A DNA stretch of 37,726 bases from Gaiellaceae bacterium. Its GTDB lineage: Bacteria; Actinomycetota; Thermoleophilia; Gaiellales; Gaiellaceae. Every line of letters starts with the position of its first letter. The stretch's first letter is position 1. Position numbers and translations under genes: made by a program. Positions 25,094 through 34,257 of the stretch are shown one piece after another. The notes beneath the pieces were generated by a model. That model ran no database searches. It was not told the DNA's origin and saw only the letters and a program-made list of their open reading frames with translations. The stretch is taken from positions 1 through 37,726 of the forward strand of contig JBGOSR010000001.1 in assembly GCA_041476065.1 (NCBI GenBank), given 5' to 3'.

Positions 25094-26704
25094 ATGCCGA
25101 CAGTCGCCCGCTTCGAGGACTTGGCAACAGACTGTTACGAGGAAGTCGTTCCGCGCGCGGACGAGATTCTCGCGCACCGCTTCGACCTGCTCGGCTCGGG
25201 CCCGACCGACCTCGGCCGCGAGATCGACTGGTGCGCCGACTTCGAAACCAAACGGCGCTGGCCGCTACGTCATGGCTCCCTGCTCCGGCTCGCCTACGGC
25301 GACGGCTCTGACGTCAAGGTGCCGTGGGAGCTCTCGCGCGCGCAGCACCTGCCCCTCTTGTCGGCCGCTCACAGGCTGACGGGTGATCGGCGCTATCTCG
25401 ACGAGCTGGGCGCCCAGCTCGAGAGCTGGATCGCCGGAAATCCGACCGAGCTCGGCCCCAACTGGGCATCGACGATGGAGGTCGCAATCCGAGCCGCGAA
25501 CTGGGTCGCCGCACTCGCGGTCGCCGCGGAGCACGTGGCAGACGAGCCCTGGTTCCAGCGCGCCCTGGAAAGCCTCTTGCTCCACGGGCGATTCGTGCGA
25601 ACGCATCTCGAATGGAGCGAGGCTCGCGGCAACCACTACCTCGCCGACGTCGTCGGCCTGCTGCCGGTTGCGGCCCTCTTCTCCGGCGGCGACGAGGGCC
25701 GCGGGTGGGCTGAGTGGGCCGCCGCCGAGCTCAGCTCGGAGATGGAGCACCAGGTACGCGCCGACGGCGTGGCGCACGAGGCCTCGACGGCCTACCACCG
25801 GCTCGTCACGGAGCTGTTCCTCTGCGGAACGCAAGCCGTCGACGCGATCCTTCCCGGCCGCCTGCCGGACCGGTATCGCGACCGGCTCGAGCGCATGCTC
25901 GCGTTCGTCTCCGACTACACCCGGCCGGATGGGCTGGCGCCGCAGATCGGCGACGCAGACGACGGCCGCTTCCTGCCGCTGGGCGACTACGGTGCGGATC
26001 CGCGCGACCACCGGCACCTCTTCTCGCAAGCCGGCCGTCAGTTCGAGCCCGCGACGTCGAGCGCCGACTACCCAGAGGGCGGCTTCTGCATCATGCGTGC
26101 CGGGGCGCTGTACGTGATCGTCCGCTGTGGCGACATCGGCCGCTACGGTCGAGGTGGACACGGCCACAACGACCAGCTCTCGTTCGAGCTGGCCTTGGGT
26201 GACCAGGCGCTGATCATCGATCCGGGAACGTACGTCTACACGAGCGACCCGGTGGAGCGAAACCGCTTCCGGTCGACGGCGTTCCACAGCACGCTTCGCA
26301 TTGACGGCCTGGAGCAGAACGAGCTGCGGAGCGACGACCTCTTCCTGATGGCCGACCGCTCTCGAGCCGAGCGGCTCGCCTCCGACGCGACGACGTTCGA
26401 GGGGCGCCACCACGGCTTCCCCGGCTCCATTCATACCCGGCGCCTCGAGCTCCACGGCGACGAGCTCCATGTTCGGGACACCGTCGAATCGGCGGCCGGG
26501 CACGACCTCGATTGGACGTTTCCGCTCGCGCCGGGTGCCGAAGACCGGGTCGAGGTCTCGGCCGAGGGCCTGGACTTCCGCCGCGAGGAAGGCTGGTACT
26601 CGCCACGCTACGGCGTTCGAGAGCGGACGATCTTCCTGCGCGCGAGGCGCCGTTCGCAGCCGGGGAACGATGTCACAGAGATCGTGGTCAGAGCGCGCGT
26701 CTGA
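25094..26704 (+). CDS. Heparinase II/III-like family protein (no signal peptide)
   Basis: Start set at ATG 25094; the alternative in-frame GTG 25031 cannot be excluded. AHRFDLLGSGP.DLG..IDW..D, KVPWELSRAQHL, GPNWASTMEVAIRAANW, RGNHYLADVVGL, AYHRLV, GHGHNDQLSFEL, FHSTLRIDG. These match the toroid plus beta-sandwich heparinase II/III / alginate-lyase-like family. The N-terminus is hydrophilic. Confidence 0.75.
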   Translation: MPTVARFEDLATDCYEEVVPRADEILAHRFDLLGSGPTDLGREIDWCADFETKRRWPLRHGSLLRLAYGDGSDVKVPWELSRAQHLPLLSAAHRLTGDRRYLDELGAQLESWIAGNPTELGPNWASTMEVAIRAANWVAALAVAAEHVADEPWFQRALESLLLHGRFVRTHLEWSEARGNHYLADVVGLLPVAALFSGGDEGRGWAEWAAAELSSEMEHQVRADGVAHEASTAYHRLVTELFLCGTQAVDAILPGRLPDRYRDRLERMLAFVSDYTRPDGLAPQIGDADDGRFLPLGDYGADPRDHRHLFSQAGRQFEPATSSADYPEGGFCIMRAGALYVIVRCGDIGRYGRGGHGHNDQLSFELALGDQALIIDPGTYVYTSDPVERNRFRSTAFHSTLRIDGLEQNELRSDDLFLMADRSRAERLASDATTFEGRHHGFPGSIHTRRLELHGDELHVRDTVESAAGHDLDWTFPLAPGAEDRVEVSAEGLDFRREEGWYSPRYGVRERTIFLRARRRSQPGNDVTEIVVRARV

Positions 26705-27689
26705 CGAGGCGCCAGTACCGAGCGACGAGCGGGTTCGAGGCACGCACGGCGCGCGGCACCGCCAGCATCGCCGGATCGAAGACCGGCGTCAGGAAGCCGG
26801 CGAGATCGCGGTCGCGCACCGTGCGCAGCCCCTGTGTAGCCCGTCGCCGACGGGCGAGGACTCGGGCGTTGCGGATGCACCAGCCCCACCCCGCGGCCTT
26901 GTCCTTGAACCAGCCCTCCTTCAGTGCGACCGCTGCCATCCCAAGCTCGATCGGGACGAGGACGGGCGCCAGCAGCACAAGCAGCCGCGGCGAGAACGCG
27001 GTCAGGCAGAAGAAGAGCCTGTTGCGCTCGATGTAGTAGGTCTTGCGTCTGTTCCGCCCGAACTCGTACTCGTGGAAGACGTCGGCCGTCGGGTCGACGA
27101 CCACGCGTAACCCTGCGAGATGCGCGCGCCACCCGAGCTCAACGTCCTCGAGGTACATGAACAGCTCCTCGGCGAAGCCGCCGAGCGCCCGGAAAGTCTC
27201 GGCACGGATCGCCATTGCAGCACCGCTCGGCGCGGCGATCTCCAGCGGCTCGCGTACGGAGTCGGCCGGCTCGCCGTAGCCTGCTGCCCACCCGATGCCG
27301 CTCACGTGCACCTCCGTGCCCCTCGAGTTCAGGAGCTCCGGCCGGTCGAGGAGCCGCAGCCGGGCCATCGCGATCCCGATCGAGTGGTCTTCGAGCGTCC
27401 GGCGGAGGCTGTCGAGGGCGCCCGGAGCGACGACGGTGTCCGGATTGAGGAAGACGAGCACGTCGCCGTTTGCCTCGCCCGCGCCGAGATTGGAGCCGGC
27501 GGCAAACCCGAGGTTCTCGCCCGGGGAGACCACGCGAACGCCTTCCCGCGCCCGGGCCTCGGCGATCTCCTCGCCACCCTCGCCATTGTCGACGACGACC
27601 ACCTCGTCGGCCTCGCCGGCGAGCGAGTCGAGGAGCCGACCGAGAGTCGAGCCCGCCCCGTATGCGACGGTGACGACAGAAATGCCCAC
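26688..27689 (-). CDS. GT2 family glycosyltransferase
   Basis: GTG 27689 ([16 protein letters not shown]). [47 protein letters not shown]. Codons upstream of 27689 have low GC3 and would overlap fcl. The 3' end overlaps the convergent gene by 17 nt. Confidence 0.85.
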   Translation of the reverse strand: MGISVVTVAYGAGSTLGRLLDSLAGEADEVVVVDNGEGGEEIAEARAREGVRVVSPGENLGFAAGSNLGAGEANGDVLVFLNPDTVVAPGALDSLRRTLEDHSIGIAMARLRLLDRPELLNSRGTEVHVSGIGWAAGYGEPADSVREPLEIAAPSGAAMAIRAETFRALGGFAEELFMYLEDVELGWRAHLAGLRVVVDPTADVFHEYEFGRNRRKTYYIERNRLFFCLTAFSPRLLVLLAPVLVPIELGMAAVALKEGWFKDKAAGWGWCIRNARVLARRRRATQGLRTVRDRDLAGFLTPVFDPAMLAVPRAVRASNPLVARYWRLVRRAL

Positions 27690-27694
27690 GCGTC

Positions 27695-27700
27695 TAGTAT
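27695..27700 (+). promoter_or_regulatory. Candidate -10 hexamer TAGTAT, 7 nt upstream of fcl ATG 27708
   Basis: Matches TANNNT inside an 18-bp divergent gap. No Shine-Dalgarno sequence is possible. Confidence 0.4.
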
Positions 27701-27707
27701 CGGCCGC

Positions 27708-28640
27708 ATGAAGATGCTCGTCACGGGCGGCGGCGGATTCCTCGGCTCGCACCTCGTCGAGAGGCTTCGCTCCGAGGGGAACGACCCCTTTGTCGCGCGC
27801 CGCAGCGACTACGACCTGACCCTCGCCGAAGACACTGCCCGGCTGTTCCGCGATGCTTCACCGGACCTCGTCTTCCACCTGGCCGGCGAGGTCGGCGGCA
27901 TCGGCGCGAATCGTGCCAACCCGGGCCGGTACTGGTACTCGAACCTGCTCATGGGCGCAAACGTGCTCGAGCAGAGCCGACTCGCAGGCGTCGACAAGCT
28001 CGTCGTCGTCGGGACGATCTGCGCGTACCCCAAGTTCGCCCCGGTCCCCTTTCGGGAGGAAGACCTCTGGAACGGATACCCGGAAGAGACGAACGCGCCG
28101 TACGGGGTCGCGAAGAAAGCGCTCCTCGTCGGCGCGCAGAGCTACCGGGAGCAGTACGGGCTGAACGCGATCTACCTGCTCCCGGTGAACCTTTACGGGC
28201 CGGGGGACAACTTCGACCTCGAGAGCTCACACGTCATTCCCGCCCTCATCCGGAGGATGCTCGAGGCGGGCGAGCGCGGCAAGGACACCGTCGTGCTCTG
28301 GGGTGACGGCTCGCCGACCCGGGAGTTCCTCTACGTCGACGATTGCGCCGAAGGCCTCGCCCTGGCCGCGCAGCGCTACGACGGTGCTGACCCGGTGAAC
28401 CTCGGCACCGGCGAGGAGATCTCGATCCGTGACCTCGCGACCGCGATCGCCGATGCGACCGGGTTTGCCGGCGAGATCGTCTGGGACGAATCGAAGCCGA
28501 ACGGCCAGCCCAGGCGTCAGCTCGACGTCCAGCGGGCCAGGGAGCTCTTCGGCTTCTCCAGCCACACGCCCTTCCGCGAAGGGATCGAGCGCACGGTCGC
28601 CTGGTATCGCGCCGAGGTGCCGTCCGTGACCGCGGGCTAG
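27708..28640 (+). CDS. fcl: GDP-L-fucose synthase (GDP-4-keto-6-deoxy-D-mannose 3,5-epimerase/4-reductase)
   Basis: [100 protein letters not shown]. The ORF-track start at 27120 is an antisense extension. Confidence 0.9.
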   Translation: MKMLVTGGGGFLGSHLVERLRSEGNDPFVARRSDYDLTLAEDTARLFRDASPDLVFHLAGEVGGIGANRANPGRYWYSNLLMGANVLEQSRLAGVDKLVVVGTICAYPKFAPVPFREEDLWNGYPEETNAPYGVAKKALLVGAQSYREQYGLNAIYLLPVNLYGPGDNFDLESSHVIPALIRRMLEAGERGKDTVVLWGDGSPTREFLYVDDCAEGLALAAQRYDGADPVNLGTGEEISIRDLATAIADATGFAGEIVWDESKPNGQPRRQLDVQRARELFGFSSHTPFREGIERTVAWYRAEVPSVTAG

Positions 28641-29828
28641 CTACAGATCGAGCAGGTCGAGCAGGCGCCGCGCCCGCTGCGCATACGTGTGCTCGGAGAG
28701 CACGCGCTCGCGTGCCCGGCGACCCATCTCCTCGGCCGCACCGGGATCTTCGAGCAGCTCCTCGTAGGCCTCCACCGCCTCATCCGCGCTCGAGACGATC
28801 TTCACCTCGCTACCGGGCTCGAACCACTGCTCGAGCCCTTTGTAGGGGTTCGAGACGATCGCTGCGCCACAGGCGGCCAGCTCGAAGGGGCGTGCGGACG
28901 ACGATCCCGACACGGTGGCATGCGGCCGGCGTGTGATGTTGAGGTTGATGCGGCTCGCCGAGACCGCGTGTGCGAAGACGTTGAACGGGACGTCGCCGAT
29001 CGAACGTGCCGAGCCGGTGTCGCCGCGAAAGTCGGCGCCGCCGAGCACGAAATCGGCGTCCGGCAGCCGACGGCTCGGCTCCCCGACCATCTCGGCCATC
29101 CAGTCCCGGCGGAACCTGTCGCCGTAGCCGTAGAAGAAGACGTCGTGCTCCTTGGCCACGGGCAGCGGGGCGAAGAAGTCGGGATCTACGGCCCAGAAGA
29201 GCGCCGCCGCCCTGCGGGCCCCCATCGCGAGCAGCGATGCGATCGCACCCTCCGAGTTCGAGAGCATCAGGTCGTACTCCCCGGGATCGGCGCCGTGGTA
29301 GATGTTGAAGCCGGTGTCGAGCCCGCCGAACTCGGGGAGACTCGCCGGGAGGTCGCCGTCGTAGTAGACGACGGGGACGTCGAAGCGCTCGCGGAGCGCC
29401 ACTGGGATCCCACGGAGGTGGCTCATCGGAACCGTGAAGACGATGACCGCGTCGACCCCTCCCTCGCGCTCGATGATCCGCTCGAGGTGACGCTTCCAGC
29501 GTGGGGTCACCCAGCGTGAGATGAGCGTGCGAACCGCCTTGTCGGAGGCGGTGTCGGGCGGCCGGTCCTCGCCCCGCCTGATCCGGTCTCCGGAGACCCG
29601 CCCGACGGCCCGACGGCCCGCATCGAAGAGCTCTCCTTCGCGGTAGCACGGATTCGGATACGTCCGCCACCAGGGCGACTCGACGGCCCGGCCACGATAC
29701 GGGGTGACGATGAGATCGCAGCCCGCCTCGTAGAGCCCCTTCCAGAGCTGCCACCACGCGGGAGTACAGCCGTAGCGGAAGTCGAGGTCGGCCGCCGACG
29801 CGACCGCAAGGATCCGCGGGGGCCTCAC
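28641..29828 (-). CDS. CgeB-like / GT1-like glycosyltransferase (DUF3880-type N-terminus)
   Basis: C-terminal NITRRPHATVSGSSSARPFELAACGAAIVSNPYKGLEQWFEPGSEV..AEEMGRRARERVLSEHTY, as in CgeB-family/GT-B proteins. Start preferred at GTG 29828, which is preceded by GAGGAG and lies 7 nt after the upstream TGA. The ORF-track start at 29858 is a TTG that would overlap the upstream gene. Confidence 0.6.
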   Translation of the reverse strand: MRPPRILAVASAADLDFRYGCTPAWWQLWKGLYEAGCDLIVTPYRGRAVESPWWRTYPNPCYREGELFDAGRRAVGRVSGDRIRRGEDRPPDTASDKAVRTLISRWVTPRWKRHLERIIEREGGVDAVIVFTVPMSHLRGIPVALRERFDVPVVYYDGDLPASLPEFGGLDTGFNIYHGADPGEYDLMLSNSEGAIASLLAMGARRAAALFWAVDPDFFAPLPVAKEHDVFFYGYGDRFRRDWMAEMVGEPSRRLPDADFVLGGADFRGDTGSARSIGDVPFNVFAHAVSASRINLNITRRPHATVSGSSSARPFELAACGAAIVSNPYKGLEQWFEPGSEVKIVSSADEAVEAYEELLEDPGAAEEMGRRARERVLSEHTYAQRARRLLDLLDL

Positions 29829-29835
29829 AGGCTCC

Positions 29836-31347
29836 TCAGTAGGCGCCGCGGGACGCAATGACCGCCGGCAGGGTCTTCAGCAGGATCGAGACGTCGAGCC
29901 AGATCGACCAGTGCTCGAGGTAGTAGAAGTCGAGCCGCACGAGGTCGTCGAAGCTGAGGCTCGACCGGCCGGCGACCTGCCAGAGCCCGGTCATGCCCGG
30001 GAGGACGAGGTACCGCTTCCGGTGCCAGGGCTCGAGCAGCTCGTAGTCGCGGACGGGGAGCGGGCGAGGCCCGACGAGGCTCATCTCGCCGCGCAGGACG
30101 TTCAGCACCTGGGGGATCTCGTCGATCGAGAGCCGGCGCAGCATCCGCCCGACGCGCGTGACGCGCGGGTCGTCCCGGATCTTGAAAAGGGCGCCCTCGG
30201 CCTCGTTCTCCGACTCGAGCTCGGCCTGCTGGGCTTCCGCGTCCGCGTACATCGTGCGGAACTTGAGCATGTCGAAGTCCAGTTCGTTCAGGCCGACCCG
30301 ACGGTCGCGGAAGAAGACGGGGCCCGGCGAGTCGAGCTTGATCGCGAGGGCGATCAGCAACCAGAGCGGCAGCCCGACGAGGGCCAGGAGCACGCTGACG
30401 ACCTGGTCGAACCCGCGCTTGACGACCCAGTCTGCCCCTGCGAACACGGGCGGCCTGAGCTCGAAGAGCGGCACGCCCTGTCCGGGCACGTACTCGCCTC
30501 GCCGTTCGATGAGAAGCTCGGTCGCGCGTGGGGCGACCCGGACCTTCACCCCGCGCCGGTGAGCCTGCTCGACGATCTCGATGAGCTCCCGGTCGTTGAA
30601 ATCGGAGTCGGTCACGATCAGCTCGTCGACCTCACGCTGGGCCAGGACGGCCGGGAGTGACGCCAGGTTGCCCAGCACCGGCAGGCCGGCGCCGTCGGAC
30701 GAAACCGCGACTGCTCCGACGAAGTCGTACTCGATCCCACCGCGGCTCGCCCCGAGCGTGCGGCGCAGGCGCGCGAGGCTCTAGCCCTCGCCAACGAGGA
30801 TCGCGCGCCGCCGTACCCCCGCGAGCTTGAGCAGGTCGCCGGTCACGATGTCGTAGCTCCCCCGAAGCAGGCCGATGCAGATCGACGTCAGGATGACCGC
30901 CGTCGGCGCCAGCCCGTACGTCCCGAATGCGTGGCCCGACCCACGTGCGAAGACGAGCGTGATCACCGCGACGAGAACCAGAGAGGCGACGACCCTGCCG
31001 AACCCGGCCCTGCGCTCTCGTTCCGCGTAGAGGCCGCCCTGCCAGAAGACGAGGACGACGATCACGGTCAGGAACGGCAGCCAGTGGGTCTCCGTCTTCC
31101 AGATCAAGCCCCAGAGCAGAGTGCCGTCCTCGTACACGAGCCAGCGCAAGATGAGCGCGGCGTAGACCCCGAGGACCAGCCCGACGAGGTCGAGCACGAC
31201 GAGAGTGGCGATGCTCGCGGCCCTGCGTACCGCTCCCCGGAGACGAACGTAGGGTTTCGTCGACCTGATATCGCCGAGCGGGGGCGCGGTCGAGGCGGGA
31301 GTCGGCGACGCCGGGGGCGCTTGTTCAGTAGCCACGGGCCGCTCCAT
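29836..31347 (-). pseudogene. WbaP-type polyprenyl-phosphate hexose-1-phosphate transferase (large PGT) interrupted by in-frame TAG at 30781-30783
   Basis: A single reading frame from ATG 31347 to TGA 29836 encodes an N-terminal four-TM block, then VRRRAILVGEG-TAG-SLARLRRTLG..YDFVGAV..LPVLGNL, a fifth TM, and a catalytic domain (DSPGPVFFRDRRVG, KFRTM, FKIRDDPRVTRVGRMLRRLSIDEIPQ, GEMSLVGPRP). Codon bias stays coding-like across the stop. It could alternatively be expressed as two polypeptides (30781..31347 and 29836..30678). Confidence 0.8.
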
Positions 31348-31370
31348 GATACGGCCCGGGGAAGCCTCCT

Positions 31371-32504
31371 CTACTTGGGCATTCGCTGGAACGCGAGCCA
31401 GCTCGGCTTCCGCCGGCCGGAGGCCGTGAAGAATCCGGATTGCCAGCCGTTGCCGATCCGTGCCTCGTCCTTGATCAGGAACCAGATCATCATGTCGATG
31501 CGCGGATTTGCGCGGGCGATGGCGAATGCCTGCGTGAGATAGCGCGCCTGCTTCGCGAACGAGACTCCGAAGCTCCGATCGGGGGGGTTCGTCTGGTAGC
31601 CGTACTCGGTGATCCAGACCCGCTTGTGCCCGTAGAGCCGTGTCAGCTCCCGGATCAGGTCGTTGATGTTGCCGAGGGTGACGGCGCGCGGCCCGGGCGG
31701 CGGGGCCCGAGGCGCTTCGTTCGGGTGTTGGTAGTACGGATGGTGCGCATAGGCGTCGAACCGTGCGTGGGCTCGCTTCATCCCACGGAGAAAGATGAGC
31801 GGCGAAACCGAGGCGCGCGGCTGCGTGCCCGTGTTGTTGCCTCGCGGGGCCGTCGCTCCGCAGGCAACCTTCTCTCCTGCGAGGCCCGTCAGGTGGACGC
31901 CTGACCAGATCGCGTTGCACATCTGGGCATAGATTCGCGGGCTCCAGAGCGTGAAGTGCCCGTGCCCGGCGGGAATGAATTGCGGCTTCAGGAACACGGG
32001 GTTGTTGGGCTCGTTCCAGGCCAGCCAGAAGTGCACGGCGGGCAACGGAGCTGCGTCGGGCGTGGGACGAAAGCTTCCGCTGTAGCGCTTCGCAGCGGCG
32101 TATGCGAAGTTCCGCAGGTCGATCATCCGGCGCGGAGCGCGGTTCCTCGCGGAGGCGGCCCAGCCTGGAGTCCAGAGGATCGAGAAGACGACCTTGATCC
32201 CGTTGTCCTTGGAGCGCTTGACCATCGCGTCGTACACCGACCAGTCGTACGCAGGGTCGGCCGGGTTGACTGCGTTCGCGGGCCGCCCTTTGCGGGCGAC
32301 GCCGCTCAGGCCGCCCCAGTAGAGGTTGACCCGAAGCGCCTGGACACCAAGCGAGTGGTACTGCGGGTAGGCCCAGTCCGGGTTCCCGATGGTTGACGCC
32401 TCGTCGAAAATGCCGACGATGAGGCCGCGCGAGGGCTTGGCCGAGGGGGCGGCGAGCCCGGCGAGCAGGGCCACGAGCGCGGCCAGGAGCAGTCCCTTAC
32501 GCAC
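31371..32504 (-). CDS. Secreted clan GH-A (TIM-barrel) glycoside hydrolase, PslG/GH5/GH39-like
   Basis: GTG 32504. Signal peptide-like N-terminus ([21 protein letters not shown]). LAWNEPN contains the clan GH-A acid/base NEP motif. VWITEYGYQ is nucleophile-like. Start overlaps the uxs stop by 8 nt. Confidence 0.7.
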   Translation of the reverse strand: MRKGLLLAALVALLAGLAAPSAKPSRGLIVGIFDEASTIGNPDWAYPQYHSLGVQALRVNLYWGGLSGVARKGRPANAVNPADPAYDWSVYDAMVKRSKDNGIKVVFSILWTPGWAASARNRAPRRMIDLRNFAYAAAKRYSGSFRPTPDAAPLPAVHFWLAWNEPNNPVFLKPQFIPAGHGHFTLWSPRIYAQMCNAIWSGVHLTGLAGEKVACGATAPRGNNTGTQPRASVSPLIFLRGMKRAHARFDAYAHHPYYQHPNEAPRAPPPGPRAVTLGNINDLIRELTRLYGHKRVWITEYGYQTNPPDRSFGVSFAKQARYLTQAFAIARANPRIDMMIWFLIKDEARIGNGWQSGFFTASGRRKPSWLAFQRMPK

Positions 32505-33429
32505 GGACGGGCTCCACGCTTGGAAGCATGCGCCGGAGCCCTTCTTCGAGCTCGACTTCGGGTTGCCAGCCGAGCACCTGCTGGGCGCGGGTGATGTCGG
32601 GCTGGCGAACCTGCGGGTCGTCGACCGGCAGGGCCTCGAAGACGATCTCGCTCTTTGACCCCGTCACTTCGAGCACTGTTTCCGCAAGCTGGAGGACCGT
32701 GAATTCGCGGGGGTTGCCGATGTTGACCGGCAAGTGCTCGCCGCTCCTCGCGAGGAGGTAGAGGCCCCTGATCAGATCGTCCACGTAACAGAAGCTCCGT
32801 GTCTGCGATCCGTCACCGAAAACTGTCAGCGGCTTGTTTTCGAGTGCCTGGCGAACAAGCGTGGGGATTGCGCGTCCGTCGTGCGCTCGCATGCGCGGCC
32901 CGTACGTGTTGAAGATTCGAACGATGGCGGTGTCCACACCCTGCTGGTGGTGATACGCCATTGTCAGCGCCTCGGCGTAGCGCTTCGCCTCGTCGTATAC
33001 ACCTCGGGGGCCGATCGGGTTCACGTGCCCCCAGTACGTCTCGGGCTGAGGATGCACCTGCGGATCGCCGTAGATCTCGCTCGTCGAGGCGAGCAGGAAC
33101 CGGGCACGCTTCCATTTCGCAAGTCCTAGCGCGTTGTGCGTCCCGTAGGAACCGGTCTTCAGCGAATGGAGCGGCTGCCGAAGGTAGTCGATCGGGCTGG
33201 CGAGCGCGGCGAGATGGAACACGACGTCGACGGGCTCGTCGACCTCGATGTGCTCGATCACGTCGTGAGTCAAGAAGGTGAATGCCTCGTCGCGGATGTG
33301 CTCGATGTTCGAGAGCGAGCCCGTCTCGAGGTTGTCCACGCAAATCACGCGGTAGCCCTCCGCGAGCAGGTACTCGCAGAGATGAGAGCCGAGAAAGCCG
33401 GCTCCACCGGTGACAACAGCGCTGGGCAC
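32497..33429 (-). CDS. uxs: UDP-glucuronate decarboxylase (UDP-xylose synthase)
   Basis: [92 protein letters not shown]. Start set at GTG 33429: the 26 codons up to GTG 33507 are rich in rare low-GC3 codons (tta, gaa, gtt, cgt, gat, cta). Confidence 0.88.
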   Translation of the reverse strand: MPSAVVTGGAGFLGSHLCEYLLAEGYRVICVDNLETGSLSNIEHIRDEAFTFLTHDVIEHIEVDEPVDVVFHLAALASPIDYLRQPLHSLKTGSYGTHNALGLAKWKRARFLLASTSEIYGDPQVHPQPETYWGHVNPIGPRGVYDEAKRYAEALTMAYHHQQGVDTAIVRIFNTYGPRMRAHDGRAIPTLVRQALENKPLTVFGDGSQTRSFCYVDDLIRGLYLLARSGEHLPVNIGNPREFTVLQLAETVLEVTGSKSEIVFEALPVDDPQVRQPDITRAQQVLGWQPEVELEEGLRRMLPSVEPVRA

Positions 33430-33437
33430 GAGGTCGC

Positions 33438-33443
33438 AGGATA
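33438..33443 (-). promoter_or_regulatory. Candidate -10 hexamer TATCCT (minus strand), 8 nt upstream of uxs GTG 33429
   Basis: Matches TANNNT in the lower-GC 108-bp gap 33430-33537. The gap also holds an 8-9 bp inverted repeat (33465-33472 / 33496-33503) just after the upstream stop. Confidence 0.35.
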
Positions 33444-33537
33444 GCCAGGGCTTCGGAACGGCTCCCCGATCCTTACGAACTTCTAACCGCGTCAGGGATC
33501 GGGTCACTGGCTGGCCCGACCACGAGGTCGAGCGCGT

Positions 33538-34257
33538 CTACGGAGCAGTCGCGCGAAGCCAGATCTGCGTCCAAAAGGGAGCCAACAGCCGGTAGGCGAA
33601 CGGTTCGCCGAGGTGTAGAACGAGATCCTGGAGCGAGTTGGAGAAGAGCCGTTTCCGGTTGTTGTGAAATCGCTCGATGCCGACAAAGCCGGCCTGACGG
33701 AGCAGCCTCTTGAGCTGCCGCGACGTGTAGCCGAGCTCCGTCGTGCCCCAGTGCCTCGAGTCTTGGCGACCCTGGAAGCGGTGCTTCCAGTTCGGCTCGG
33801 CGAGGAGCAGCCGACCGCCCGGGCCAAGCAGTCTGTTGGCCGAGGCGAGGACGAGATCCGCGCGAGGCGTGTGGTGCAAGGCGTCGTAGATCACGCAGGC
33901 GTCGAATCTTCGATCAGACGTCAGTTGCTCCATGTCCCCCACCTCGAAACGAGCGTTGACACCCTCGAGCTCGGCCTGCTCTCGAGCGATCGCGATCATC
34001 TGCGGTGAGATGTCGTAGCCGAAGGCGTCAACCCCATGCCGAGCGGCCAGGCGAGAAAGCCAACCGGGCCCGCAACCCAGCTCGCAAAGAGACATGCCGG
34101 ACTGGAGCTCGAGCAGCTGCAAGACATAGCCAAAGTCGATGATGTGGCGGGCGCTTTCGCGAGGAGCGTTGCCGAACGGTTTCGTGCGCAGCCACTCGCG
34201 TCCCGACTCGCCGATCAGATCCGGGTAGTCGATTTCGGCGTGCTTCCGGGCATCCAT
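33538..34257 (-). CDS. Class I SAM-dependent methyltransferase
   Basis: LCELGCGPGWLSRLAARHGVDAFGYDISPQMIAIARE, FDACVIYDALHH, LGPGGRLLLAEPN. ATG overlaps the upstream stop by 1 nt. Confidence 0.85.
   Translation of the reverse strand: MDARKHAEIDYPDLIGESGREWLRTKPFGNAPRESARHIIDFGYVLQLLELQSGMSLCELGCGPGWLSRLAARHGVDAFGYDISPQMIAIAREQAELEGVNARFEVGDMEQLTSDRRFDACVIYDALHHTPRADLVLASANRLLGPGGRLLLAEPNWKHRFQGRQDSRHWGTTELGYTSRQLKRLLRQAGFVGIERFHNNRKRLFSNSLQDLVLHLGEPFAYRLLAPFWTQIWLRATAP

Noticed and set aside
23706-26743. Two long minus-strand ORFs (23706..25127 and 25265..26743)
   Set aside because: They are antisense to the AsnB-type and heparinase-like genes, which have unmistakable motifs (MCGICG, SGGLDSS; GHGHNDQLSFEL). 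The antisense translations are low-complexity.
30781-30783. TAG reassignment or programmed read-through as the explanation for the interrupted PGT
   Set aside because: TAG terminates several intact genes in the same window at positions that match family C-termini, so global reassignment is unlikely. I see no obvious downstream stimulatory structure. Local read-through cannot be excluded without experiments, so this is kept only as a minor possibility under the main finding.
32497-33507. Longer start choices for uxs (GTG 33507) and the ATP-grasp gene (TTG 37128)
   Set aside because: The extra codons are rich in rare low-GC3 codons (tta, gaa, gtt, cgt, gat, aat, aga, tct). This contrasts with the rest of each gene, and the family N-termini begin at the Rossmann/ATP-grasp core. 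The shorter starts also gain a TANNNT hexamer 8 nt upstream. This remains a judgement call.
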